From the NCBI GenBank assembly GCA_015680685.1, contig MNCI01001065.1, positions 683,728 to 747,727 on the forward strand: DNA of 64,000 nucleotides, read 5' to 3'. The number at the start of each line of letters is the position of its first letter. Position 1 is the stretch's first letter. The notes under the pieces are model-generated. The model was given only the letters and a program-made list of their open reading frames with translations, searched no databases and was not told the origin of the DNA. Source of the stretch: Gnetum montanum. Taxonomy: Eukaryota > Plantae > Gnetophyta. Shown one piece after another: positions 14,446-28,000 of this stretch. The position numbers and the translations under genes are program-made.

Positions 14446-15652
14446 TAAAACATCATGAAATTTTGAGACCTCGATGATTCAGTAAGGTCTCGAAGCTTTG
14501 GCAAGGATTTTCAACAAGTGGCACATGTCGACAAGTTTTCTTTTTTTCAGCTAAGGGCCCGCATGCTATGCTACACAGCGTAGCGTAATAGACTCTAGAA
14601 GGACTAAACAAAAACAAGGGATGTGCAACAACAACACTTCAATTTTGCAAGATAGCTGTGTTACGCTATGTTATGCTATGTAGCGTAATGTAATGCAACA
14701 TAGCGTAACGCAAGTAGACAATTGACTTAATCGCAACAACGGAGATAGTAAAATCTAGGTGGTGATAGGAATTATGCCACGATACGCTTCCCAGTGTATC
14801 ATAGTGTAGTCGCGGGACAGTTTGTTCAGTGCAAAGGACAAAGCCAAATGAACCATCTTCTTGAAGGGTGATTACGCTATACTACGCATCAGAGCGTAAT
14901 GTAGTGTAGTGCCACAAACTTCGGCTACAACACATTAGGTCAACGACATCTTGTGGGCTCAAGACACGCGTCATCTAAACTGTGTTTTTCTCCTAACCCT
15001 AATCTTATAAATACCCTGGAAGACAATGCTCAAGGGGTTGGCAAGATTGGCAATTTTTTTTTGGTTGATAGCTGTTGGCAATTGTTGACATTTTTTGGTG
15101 AATATTGGCGAGAGAACAAAAGAGAATCCATAATCGAAAGAACATCGACGATGACTGACAAGAGCTTTCAATCAGAAACTTTGAGTTAGTAGACACTTTG
15201 CTCCAAGTCTGACTCCCTTGTGCCCAGATTCGCTAGAACAAGGTAGATCAACCTTTGCTTGTTTCATCTCTGAATAGCGTTCTTGTTTTTGGCATGTGCT
15301 TCGTCTAAACCGAAGTCTGCCTGCAATCATTGTATTCGACGTATTTGTTTATAAGATAAATCCCAGATCTCAGGATTGCATATTCTCTAAATTTAATTTA
15401 TTGCATCATATTTACATAAAATTTACAATCATTTTGCATTGTTTACATCGTCCTCATTGCCTTTGAGATCACCAATATCATATCTCCCCATCAAAATCAT
15501 CATCTTGTAATCCAATCATTACAAAATTTGCTAATTAAGTAAGTCCCTTTTTAATATACAAGACTGTTCAGGGCACCTTGGATTCATTTTCTCTAGCATG
15601 GCCCTTGCATGGATCCAGGGTTGAAACTGTGTACACGGAGCTTCGCTCGATA
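14446..15652 (+). mobile_element. 5' LTR of the Tat element
   Basis: Aligns end to end with 30036-31243; TG and CA termini decayed to TA; TATAAATA at ~15007. Confidence 0.9.
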
Positions 15653-15658
15653 GTTTTC

Positions 15659-15690
15659 TAGCGCTAGAAGGAGGGTTTGAACCTATGATC
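15659..15690 (+). promoter_or_regulatory. Primer-binding site complementary to tRNA-Asn(GUU), apparently extended
   Basis: TAGCGCTAGAAGGAGGGTTTGAACCTATGATC is close to the reverse complement of the plant tRNA-Asn 3' end as I recall it (…GGTCGGAGGTTCGACCCCTCCTTCTAGCGCCA). Confidence 0.8.
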
Positions 15691-15969
15691 TGCATTTCAT
15701 AGGTAGTCCTGTAAGTTGTCTGTACTTATTTTCAATCGACGTAAACGTAATACCTCTGTGGTTGTTTATGAGATTGTGTGGTGCAGATCGGTCGCTTCGA
15801 CGGTTCCTCTGGAATCCTACATTGTAGAAAGCCCATTTTTTCCTTAGCTTGCCTTTACCCTTGCAATCTTTATCCTTGTTGTCATTACTCTCGAGCTACG
15901 TAGAGAATGGTTGCATCAACCACTACTATTGACACTGCTAACCTCGAGAACCCTTGAACACTGTAAGTT

Positions 15970-18900
15970 ATGCCTCCTATGGTCGAGCCGCCAACTAGTC
16001 CGGTGCGACCACACCAGTCCCTCAGGATTCAAAACAAAGAGCCTGAGGGACACATTCAGCATAGGGAACATTACAATTTCCCCTATGCTAAACTTATAGC
16101 AGATTTACCCATGTATCCATAAGAACTCGAAGTGATACGCGAGTATGAGTTCATCTACTATAACAGGAAGGAATTTGTTCCTTCGCCTAACACTTCCATA
16201 CCTTTGACAGACCAGCAACAGTGGATGTTGGACCAACTGTTAATGGCTAGTGTGTCAACGGAACAACAAGATGAGATGTTCCATGATGAAGCATCCCACG
16301 ATTGGCAAGAGGATTTAGACTCCCACTCCGAGGGAGGTAGTCACACTAGCTTTGTCATGGCTCCTCCCTCCATAGCATCCCGCATAAATCCACTATTTAT
16401 GGTCACTACACTATTATCATTGACTACCACCGACCGTGTGGTGCATAACGCCCAATGACATTTCTTCTCTCCGGTTACCTTCTCGAGTGGTATTCTTTTA
16501 CAGACCATCCCTCCGTAGTCACAATTGTCCAATCCATCTCACCATATACCTACGCCTACATCACTATATGTGAACACAGTGCCTACTTCGCAATTACACA
16601 CAACACCTACATTCATCCCAACTCACACGATAGGACCCGCCACTATAGCATGGTGGGCTCTAAACACATAATCCCTTGTAGCACAACCTACGTTGATGTC
16701 TCATCTCACTCATCATTAGCACCAAGTCCCGTAGGCGCTAAACCCAACTGTAGGATCATTTTCTATGCCCTTGGCCATGCAAAAAATGTATCCCATGGCA
16801 CAGTCGACGGTGGTCGCCCCACCTGCACCACCTACTGGGTGGTGGATGTCACAAGTGGCACTGCCTGTAGGGGTAGTCCTCATAACATTGCACATAGGCC
16901 AAGCTACCACCCCTATCCTACCACCCAACGTGGCTCATCCTGCAATTTCACAAGCAACCACTTCGTCTACAAGTCTGGATCAAGCCTTCCAGCTTATTCA
17001 GACCCTTACTAAGGAAGTTAAATGCCTCAAGGCTGCCGGCTTCGACACAATACAGGTCATGGATTTTTACCATGATGATCCTATTAGCCCAACAATGCCT
17101 ATTTTGTCATTACCTCCTAGGATGCCACTCCCCCATTTTACAAAATACAATGGGGAAGGTGATCCCAACACCCATCTAGTCACCTTCAAGTCAGAGTCGT
17201 TATTATTGCAACAATGGCCACATACCATCATCCGTGTCTTTGCTATGTCCCTAATGGGTAAGGCTTTAGACTAGTATCGTGCACTCCCACGCTCTTCCAT
17301 CTCAACCTTGGAAGAGCTGTTAACTCAGTTCGTGACTCATTTCAAATACAACCTAAAACTAGAAGTCACGTTGGATCAACTCATGGGAGTCATGCAAGAT
17401 TTGCTCGAGCCAGTCCAAAAGTTTATACAGCGGTGGAGCGCCACCTTGAACAAAATTTGTGAACCCATCGTAGAGGCTCATCTATTCGCAATCTTCAAGG
17501 GGGCAGTCAATGACTTCATTCAGTCCAAACTGTATTACCTCGCTCCCTACTCCCTCAACCAAGCCCTCGCTTAGACTAAGAGCATTCAAGACGCGATAGA
17601 GGCTAGCAAAGACCCAGCGTATGTGGTCTATAAAAATGCCCATAACAAGGGTAAAGACAAAGGAAAATCTACAACAACGACTGTAGCAATGGTAGCCAAA
17701 GGGGCCAAGAAGAAAAATAATAACAAGAAAGTATCTACGGTGCCTGCTAAGCCCACAACTAGCTCAAACAACACTAACTAGGAAAATCCACCCACTCCTA
17801 AGGCATTTCCACAGCTGAAGCCTAATTTTGAATGTAAAGATCACTCAAAATATATAGCTCTACCTATAAAACCTTTAGAAATTCTGAGGCAATTACTGGA
17901 AACTAGTCATATTCAACATAAGAAGGTGTCTGAGGAAGGTTTGAAATGCCATAGATAGCATTGTGAGTTGCTCAAGAACCCCTCTTTGGCCCTGCCAAAT
18001 GAACCGCCAGTTCCCAAAAACTTTAGGCTAGATCAGTTCTGTGACTACCACCAATTATGTGGTCATGACATGGATTACTTCTGGGTGTTGAAAGATGACA
18101 TTCAACGCATGATCAATCAAGGTAAACTGATCTTAGACAACAGTAGTCTAGTCTGTCCAGAAAATCAATCCCTGCATGTGTACCAAGACCCGTTAAACAT
18201 AAATAACGCAGGGTACACTATCAACGTAGTGGGTACGGAGGGAAATGACCAAGCACAGCCAAAGCAACCCTTTTTGCTACATGTACCTCCTTACCCATCT
18301 CAAATGACAAGCTCATCAACATCAACGGGCGTGGCTCAACGACAACCCTTCATTCTCCGGGTCCCATCTCCTACCTTCGTCCCACAGCCCACCATCGGTA
18401 AAGCCGTGGCCCAGCCCACGCCCACACTTAGGGCACCCTTTGTCATCAGTGTACCAAAGCTGTCAATTTCTCCTGCTATGCAGGGGCGAGTCTCTAAGTC
18501 AACACCTCAATCACAACCTAATAGGAAAGGAGAATGACGTATGATAGCTAATACAGCCAAGGACCGAATTACGGTGGGGTTTCCCAAGCCTATGCCCCTT
18601 GCCTTAGTGCCCTTGGCCCCACCTTCTAAAGAATATGATGCTATGCAAACGCAACCATCTCCTCTCGACCCAAGAAAATGCAACCCTTAACAAGAAACCA
18701 TTCCTCCCCAAGAGAAGGGTGATAAACAACTAGATCGTGGACGTGCTCTCCTCGACGCTTTTACACATGTTAAGCAGGCTTTGAAACAAAAAAGTACAAT
18801 GTTGAGCCTCTATGACTTGCTGATGACGACACAAAAGCATCATGAGGTCATGGTTCACATGTTAATGTCCATATTTGTGGATGAGAGCCTGTTAGCGGAT

Positions 18901-19625
18901 GAGGAAGCAATCCACTCCATCATGCTTCCCCTTGCCACTGAAAACCCTGGCATTCCCTACTGACTTTTCACGATGAGTCCATTAAGGACAACCCAGAGAA
19001 GGGTCAAGTAACAATAGGACCTATGTTCATCACTATCTAAGTTGGCCAATACTGAATCCAAAGATTACACGTAGATGACAGGGCAGCTGCCAATGTCATT
19101 CCCTACCCCATAGTGGATAAACTGGGTTTGATCGACCAGATCAGTCCCACGACAACGTCATGTTTAAAGTCATTCAATGGGGCACAAGTGCAAGTCAAAG
19201 GAATAGTACACATCAGCTTCGTAGCAAGGGACCAATTCCCCATAGATGTAGTATTTATCATTGTCGAGGAGATGTCTGGTTTTAACTTAATTTTGGGGAG
19301 GTCCTGGTTGGCTCAATTAAGGGCAATCTCATCACCCATCCATCAGGAGATCCATTTGCCCTATGCAGGAGGGGAAGTGATCATCCATGATGATAAGATG
19401 ATCCCTCAAGCTATTAATAATGTAGAAATGGAACAGGGTTCAGAAGTTGAAATCCCCAAAGACCAGTCTCCTGTCCCAATACTTGAACAGGCCAAAACAG
19501 TGGCTGATGACAGCTTGATTTGGGCTGAACTACCTTTTCAGGGGGAAGATGGTGACATAGAGGAATGGAGTAATAAACCTCCTTGTCCATACGCTTCACC
19601 AAAACTCAAAACAATTAAGAAGTAG
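15970..19625 (+). pseudogene. Tat gag-protease
   Basis: Gag core KYNGEGDPNTHL..F, FAMSLMGKALD*Y; knuckle FCDYHQLCGH; protease VDDRAAANVIP and FNLILGRSWL. Several stops and a frameshift near 18960. Confidence 0.88.
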
Positions 19626-19746
19626 CTACGGAGCTAGCAAATAAACATGTTTCCGTGACATGTCACATTAGTCCACGTTCTTTACTGTCACGCAATTTAT
19701 GCTCTCTCTTTTTGCATTGTCCTTATTATGCTTTTTCATATGCACT

Positions 19747-19905
19747 ACAGCCTGAAATGGCCTTAAACTAGCCCATCCCAAAATGGCCTTAAACTATTTG
19801 CGGCCCACTACAGCCTAAAACTGGCAATTTTCTTTATCCTTTTACGCTTACGATGGCCCGGCCCGAAATGGCCTTAAACTATTAACGGCCTGCAGTGGCC
19901 TAAAA
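19747..19905. repeat. Short degenerate repeats (gcctgaaatggccttaaacta-like)
   Basis: At least three copies of AAATGGCCTTAAACTA plus partial copies. Confidence 0.7.
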
Positions 19906-20028
19906 TGTGTAATCCTTCTAACAGTATGTTTCACTTCATGAAAACTAAAGTGATTATATCACATAGATCGAAGAACATTGTCCTTTACTTATTTTCATTG
20001 CAACAAAATGTTGGCCAATATAGCCATG

Positions 20029-23000
20029 TCACACGTTGCCTTTGTTACCACTTCCACTTGTGTCATTCAACTCCACCTCTACCTCATGAAGATCATCCTC
20101 ATAAGGATCTTCTTCGCATGGTATCTCTTTGTGGGGGCGATTCTCTCTGTGAGACTCTTCCTCATGGGAATTCTTGGCACAAGGTTGATCATATTCATTA
20201 CGCTCCTCCTCATGGAGACCCTCTTCGTGAGGACCATCATCTCCATTAAGCTCCTCCTCATGAGGATCCTCTTCGTGTCGATCCTACAATTTGACATGAA
20301 ATGCATGTTAGCATCACTACCAAAACTACATATAAAAAGAATGCAATAGTCCTACAACTTACTTGTGATGGTCCTGCATTAGCTGCGAAAGGAATTTGTT
20401 CCAGACCAACCCACAGGCATTGCAAAAATCTCATCCTCGATAAGCTCGGACCAAATGCCATCTCCTAGATCAGTTCTAGCCCTAACCTTCCCCTTTTCCA
20501 CAGGAGTCCATCGAGGTGGTTTAGGGAAGAAGGAAGGGATAATGGTTTCCCCACCAGGGAGGTTTATTTCTCTCTATGGGGAGACGCTTACTGTCACTTG
20601 CTCCTAAAACTTTTTGTACACTCCAGAAGCACCGATGACATCGAGGAATAGCCGGAGGGACCATGCTTCAATAGCAAAATCCTTGTAATGTTGGCGATAG
20701 ATGGCACTTTCTTACTTATACACATGCTTGTGGTCCTTTTGTGCCTACCCCCATGCCTGGACCCTTGCGCTGAAATCCTTCCAGTCTTGGTTCTTCTAGG
20801 CTAGGAGATCCATTTGCATCTGTTGCTCAATGAGCTCGCAGTTGTCTTGGACGTTGTTTCTGACTACCATCCAATAATGGGTGTAGTCAATCACAGCTAT
20901 CTACCAATTATCATCATTGGCCTCCCAAGCTTGCAGAAATTTGTTTCGAGACTCTAGATCCTCAACTGTACTAGTTAGGGACGTCTTCTCCTTTTCTGCT
21001 TTCTGCAACCTCTTCCAAAGATCTTCGTTGACATCCTGACACTCCCATAAAGAGTAGGCCAAGTGTAACGCACATTTATGCATTTCATCGTAAAGGCTAC
21101 GTGGCACTTCGGTCACCTCCAGTGAGGGTTTAGGGGTAGCATCTAAGTTAACTGGCTCTTTGGGATCCCATCTGAGGCGAGATCCTGTAACATAAAAATA
21201 ACAATTAGGTGCAACGAAATAATGTAATGTCACAATGCCAACAATCCCTGTGTAATAATAGTGATGCACCAATCTTAGGATCGATTTGCTCTAGGTGACT
21301 GATCATATCATTCACGATGCCCTCCATAAAAGAGAATTTATCAAGAGTTTCACCCCAACGCTGAGTTGGTGCCACTGACAAAGGCATATCACTTTTGTCA
21401 GAAATGCCTACTACGTGAACAAAATGAGTTAGACATAGTACAGTAGACATAAAGGGCAATTGAGACGATTACAATAACACAAAAGTCAATTCAACAAAAT
21501 CCTCAGGGGTAGTAACATGAGGTTTACCCTCTGAGGAAAGGTCAAACTCACTAGTGACAAACCGCTTCTCTTTTCCCGACTCATCCGAAAGGACCTCGGC
21601 ATCCTCTACTTTCGTCTCTTCTTCGGGCACAGGAACCTGTGTGCCGCCTACATTACTAACAGGGGTCTCCTTTTCCAAAATTGGGGTCCCTTCTCCACAC
21701 CATATAACTATTGCTCCTATTTCAGGGATCAACTCCTCTACATATTTCCCTTTGTCTGCCAAACAACACAGTTAGCCAAAAAATTTACAAACACTACATG
21801 ATGCCACGACATCTATACGAAGCATAATACATATATAAAATAATTATGCATCCTTCTACTTACCAATCGAAGGGTCATTCCTATGAAACCTGATTTTCAG
21901 TTTCCTTCCCTCTTCATTAGTTGGGCCAAAAGACTCCATAGCCAGACGATGCTTTTTCCATTGGACTGATGAACTCACTATTTCTTCTACCAGGCATTTC
22001 CCCCTTGATGCACTACCAGTGTAAGAAGGGAGTGCCCCACCCACATTGTCTTGGCCCCGTGTAGGAGGCACTGCTAGATCCTTAGTCGTAAGTGAAAGTG
22101 AATCCCTGATACCTTTAGGGGGATCTTGCAACCGAATGGTGCGGAAAACCTGGAAAATCTATGGTTTGGAAATCTGGTTACGATCTTGTTGCACCCAGAC
22201 TCCATCCCTACGAACCACTAGGATTTCAGCAAAACGCCGAAAGCAAGCTATAAAAAAGGTGAAATGCATGTTGAAAGAAGACTCAAGCTTCTTGTGAAGC
22301 TTGACCATTTCAGCCCGCAGGCCTTCAGCGAGGTAACTAGCCCAACTATATCGTGTTCCCTCCTCCATAACCTCCCGCATGATCTGAGCCTGCTCTATGG
22401 TAAGGATTCTTCCCTGGGAGAGCAGCTTGGGAAAGGTGCATGCTCGAAAGAGGGGATAAATGGTATTAGCCACCTCCAGTTGGATTTTATCAGCAAGGAT
22501 TCCTTTCAGTTCCTTTTTAACCCCTATCCACTCCTCTATCTCCTTTTGGTGCTTAGAACTCCTCTTTGAATTTTCTTCTACTAGAAGGCCATCAGAGGGA
22601 ACACCAAAAAAGTTGACGAACAATTGAGCGTCAATATCAAAACTCACATGCACGTTATGCATACGCAGGTAAAGACGCTTAGGTTCTTCGCTGAAGGAGT
22701 CAACTAGGATTAACATTTCGACCGCGGTGACGTCGGGGGTTACAGCAAAAAATAGCTCCATCAATCCAGCTTCCTGGAGGTTATTGGTTAGGGTAGTTGG
22801 GGCCGCTCCATGGCAGAGCCGACGTTGCACATCTTTTATGTCACCATAACGAAAGAAGAGACTGCTTGTTTTAGGCCCAAAGGCTATCACTATGACCTTT
22901 CGTGATTCCCTAACTGTGAACATAAAGTAATGGTTTAGACAATACAACAAAATAATACAAATTTATACATTATTTCCATTCCGTAAGATTGCACAATGGA

Positions 23001-24450
23001 CCACCATAGCATAATTTACTATATCCAAAGGGTGAAGGGAATGGTGGGATTTTCTCTTGCACATCCACAAGGATGATAGGACGATCCAAAGTCCACTCCT
23101 TATCCAGCCATCCAGAGTTTTTACACTTGGCGAAGAATTTAACATAGTAGACAGGGTAGTGTGGAATTTCAAATTCTAGTTGTCCTAGGACACCAACACA
23201 TACATTGCTAATAGAAGTAAACTCCTTTATGGCTGCTTCTGCTGTAGATAACATACTTGTATCACCTTGGAGACTATGCTCATTGATAAAAAAACTACAT
23301 AATAGAATGTGGACAATTTTCTATACTTGACACAAATTCAAACAACAATTAGCACATCATAATGCCTTAAGAACACTTACCTGCCTACATAATACACAAT
23401 TCCAGGTGGATTTTTTAAGTAGGTCATAAGATGACGAGCCACGAACAGAGTGTTGTAGGCGTGATAACAATCAAACCTTGGCATCTCCTAGATCCAAGAT
23501 AAATGCCTCAAACCCTTGGCACTGTGTTCACAGTCCTACACCTACATGATTTCGATTGAGCCGTCAACTAGAAACGTTAAGATGCTTTGCGTTGATCCAA
23601 CCAGTAGTGTCTCCAGAATGGCGGCGACTATCTCAGCCAGTAGATGCAACCAGATAATTACGCTGAAATTATGCAATAAAACTCCCATGCACCTGTTCAG
23701 AAGCAAACCACCTCCTCCCCTACACGAGCATGAGGAGGAGGAACGTTGGCCATGATGACATGTAAACAGCACAGAACATCAACAATGTCCAAGATGATCA
23801 GGACAAGCTTCAGCGTAATCCTTTACAATAAAACACACCACCATTACTAAAAGTAATTTAGACATACTAATGATGTAAGACCAAAAAAAAAGGTTCATAA
23901 AAATCCATTATGTAACACTAGAATTTTCATTACGTTGACACCCAGAAAATTGCAGGTTACGCTAGAAATGCATTACCAAAACCGCCCAAACCCTTACAAC
24001 AGTGCAAGGTCTGTCCCTAACAATGACGATAAAAGTAACACCACATATTGTCCCAGCGTAACATACAACCATTACGGGCAAGACAACGGAATCCTATTTA
24101 CACTGCATAATAGTATAATACCTAGACCCCTTCGATTATGCATTGCATTTGCACAGTATTATCCAAGATCACCCAAACCCTTGCGACGGTGCAATATTAC
24201 AAACTGCAATAGCTTAGCCCGTGCAACTAGGTATCAACACCTAACATAATATACATCTTCGAAATAAATACAATTACGATGCCATAACAACGAAAATAAC
24301 AATCATGCAGGAAAGGTAAAAAGTGACCTATTGGGCTAGTGGAGTAGCCTCCCAAGTTTCGACCCTGGCCTTTGAAATTCGCTTCAAACTCTCTTGCACT
24401 TCATCAATCTTCGCCAATTTGGCATGTTTGCCTTTGGTCTTCGGTGTCAT
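20029..24450 (-). pseudogene. Multi-exon antisense accessory gene inside the Tat element, between PR and RT
   Basis: Phase-consistent GT-AG exon chain: ~23630-23381, 23273-22969, 22913-21864, 21755-21528, 21407-21270, 21184-~20363, 20283-20029. Probable first exon at 24450-24328 (MTPKTKGK...). Stops are of the CAG/CAA>TAG/TAA type; one frameshift near 20400. Confidence 0.75.
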
Positions 24451-25012
24451 GGTTACGCCTGAACAACCTTTGCAAAATCGTTTACTTACGCCTTCCTTCT
24501 GCTATAGCCTAATTCAAATTTGCGATGTTTACAACCTGCTTTGAGGAAGAACCATTGACTTATAAATGTAATTGTTGAAACTAATTGTTTTCATGTCTGA
24601 TTAACGTGGAACTTTCCTAAAATGCAGGCATGTCAGTTCCACATGCAGTGTAAAGATCACACTATTAATCTCGTAGATATCACATTGATGGAGGTCCGAA
24701 AAGACCCTAAACTAACGCGTAGCTTATCGTCTCATAATTTGGTCACATTAACTATAGTCTACACAAAATTCTAAATTAGCTGCTTTGACACGCTAGACAT
24801 GCCACATTACACCTTTCATCATAGTTCACAAAAGTCTTACGCTAACATCTAGGAAACCAGGCTTGCTACTTTCTTACAAACTGTGCATATTGTAACGGTT
24901 CGCTAAGACATTAAAATGGCAACCTTTTAACACGCATCTCTAGAAAACCTTCTATCATTTCAAAAAATTGGCAAAAACAATATAACAACTTCCATTCTTG
25001 GCGTTTTTGCAG

Positions 25013-28000
25013 TTCAATTTGCAAATGGACACAACTTTACTCACACCCCTAGCCCTAACAGGTCCATACAGGGAAACTATTAGACAACTCAACCTTGCAC
25101 TGATAGAAACTAATGCTTCCCTTTGTGACACAACCATAGCAACATCAAAAATATCACCAGACTAGCCAGAACATTTGGCCTGAACCCTAGACTTGGAAGC
25201 TAGTGATGTGACCGAGGATCCCCTTACTGAGGTCCCTATAATTACGCACAAAGGGGAAAACAAAACTCTGAAGCTTAGTTCTCTCCTTGACCAATAAACG
25301 CAGAGCGACATACTTCAAGTGCTCCAAAATAACATTGCAGTATTCACCTAGTTATACGAAGACATGCCGACTTTAGACCCGAGACTAATACAGCACAACA
25401 TAGTTTTAGACCCACATATCAAAGCAGTTAAATAGAAAGCATTAAATATTAAGCCTAAAATCGTGCTGGTAGTGTGTGATGAAATCACTAAGCTATATCA
25501 GGCTGGTTTCATTCAAGTGGTCGATTATTCAGACTGGGTGTCAAATATCGTAGTTGTCTCTAAGAAAATAGGAGGAATACACATCTGTATAAACATCCAT
25601 GATATGAACAAAGCAACGATTAAAGACAACTTCCCATTACCAAGTATCAACCAACTTATCGATACAACAGCTGGCCACGCGTTACTATCCTTATGGATGG
25701 GTTTTCGGACTATAATCAAATTTCCATCAACCCAGAACATCAACTAATTACAAATTTCATGACCCCCTGGGGAACTTTTTGTTACACCATGATGCCTTTC
25801 AGGTTAAAACACGCTGGAGCAACTTATCAACGTGCCATGACATACATCTTTAGTGATTACCTCTAAGAGAGATTGAACGACTACGTAGACGACATAGCTA
25901 TCAAATCTAAGAAGTCGAAAGATCACCCAAAAGACCTAGAGTTAATCCTTAAACAATGTCTCAGGCACGACCTATGGCTCAACCCAAGAAAATGTGTATT
26001 CGGAGTCAAAACCAAATGCATGTTGAGGTTTGTTGTGTCGGGGGCTGGCATACAAGTCGACCCCGACAAGGTTAAAGCCATCGTTAACCTAGCACCACCT
26101 ACAAACCTCAAAGAACTATGTGGGTTGCAGGGTAGGTTGCAATTTATCATGCAGTTCATCTCAAAGTTAATAGACAAATTACGTCCTATGCAGCATCTAC
26201 TTAAGAAAGGAGTTAACTTCGAATGGACTGAAGATTGCTAGCGTGCGTTTGACGACCTGAAGAAAGAGCTATTACATTTGCCAACAAAGGGATCAACCTT
26301 TCTACATTTATCTGGAAAGCTTAGATGTGTCTATAGCTGTGTTGTTGTGCCAAAAAAGGGATGATGGGTTAGAAGTCCCTATCTATTATCTAATTCACGC
26401 TCTATTTGTGTACGAAACAAGGTACAATGAATTAGAGCGTAACTTTTTGGAATTGGTGTTTGCATTAAAAAAATGTAGACACTATCTTTTCTGTAGCCAA
26501 GTCAACATAGTTTGCAAGAATAACATTCTGCAGGCCATCACAAACAACTTATACGAGAGCAGGAGTATAGCCTACTGGAAGGTCATCCCAGTGGAATTTG
26601 ACTTGCACTACGTCAACCAATCATCCACAAAAGGCCAGGCCATAGCCGACCAGCTTGTAACATCACCTGTTAATGATCAAGCTACAATAGAGCCCAAGTT
26701 TCCTGATGAACAGATACATAGTTTAATCCCTGTACCGACAGGACTCGAAGCAATGTTATATTTCAATGGAGCTTCAAGTACTAGAGGCGGTAGTGCTACC
26801 ACCGTCATTACGCTCTCCCCTGAAGATGTTCGCCCATTGGCTTACCGCCTGGTGTTTCCTTATACGAACAATGTGGCAGAGTATGAGGGGCTCCTCAGGG
26901 GATTGTTGACAGCCAGGGAACTCAACATTCAACACCTGGTAATCTGAGGTGATTCGATGCTCATCATCAATCAAATCATAGGAGACAACGCCTACAAAGC
27001 TGTGCATCTGCAATCCTATTGTGATATGGCTAAAGATCTCCTAAGATAATTCACAACAACTAACATCCAACACATGTCACATAATGATAACACTGTAGCC
27101 GATGCACTAGCCACACTAGCTTTAAACATGCCACCACATTTGTTTGCCACCTAGCCTGCTTTAATGACAGAATGTACAAACCTTGTCATTCAAGCAACAC
27201 AAATCTCTTCTCTAAGCACAGGAGGAATGCCAGAATGGTATGATAACATTAAGACCTACCTTCTACATGGTGAACCACCGCACGAGTTAACACCTGCACA
27301 AAAAGATGTAGTCTGGAAGCATGCCAGGCAATACGTCATCATCGGAGACAATACTCTATGTAGACACTCTTTTGATGGAGTATTTCTAACTTGCGTTAAT
27401 AATGAACAAGCACAAAGAATAGTTAGCAAATTCCATGAAGGACTATGTGGAGGACACATAGCCCCGCTAGCCATGGTTGCTAAAATCAGGTGCTTAGGGT
27501 ATTACTGGCTGTACATGGAACGAGACTGCCTTACCAAGGTTAAGACATGTGATACATGCCAATGTTACACAAATTTAATACATGTGTCACCAACTGAATT
27601 GCATACTACACAGATCACTTGGCCATTCCAACGATGGGGACTAGACATCATAGGCCTCATCATGCCTAAGTCTTCCGCAGGACATAGCTTCATTATCACC
27701 ACCACCGAGTATTTCATGAAGTGGGTCAAGGCTATTCCCCTACGAAAGATTACATCTCAATAGGTTTTCCATTTTATCTTGGACAATATAGTAACCAGGT
27801 TTGGGCTTCCCATGACTATTGTGACTAACAATGGGCCACAATTTAGTAGTACCGAAACCAAATATTTCTACAGTAACCTTGGTATTAAGAAATCTTTTTC
27901 CTTACCCTATTACCCACAAGAAAATGGTCAAGCAAAGGCAACAAACAAGGTGATCATCAATTTACTAAAAAATATGTTCAGTAGCAACAAAAAAAGATGG

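Noticed and set aside
15659-15690. Possible tRNA gene on the minus strand
   Set aside because: Only the 3' ~32 nt including a CCA-equivalent, located right after an LTR; it is a PBS.
16455-17012. 185-aa ORF
   Set aside because: Out-of-frame shadow over the Pro/Thr-rich gag region.
19626-25012. Interpretation as an independent DNA transposon or Helitron inserted in pol
   Set aside because: No TIR, TSD, terminal hairpin or transposase motif seen; not fully excluded without other copies.
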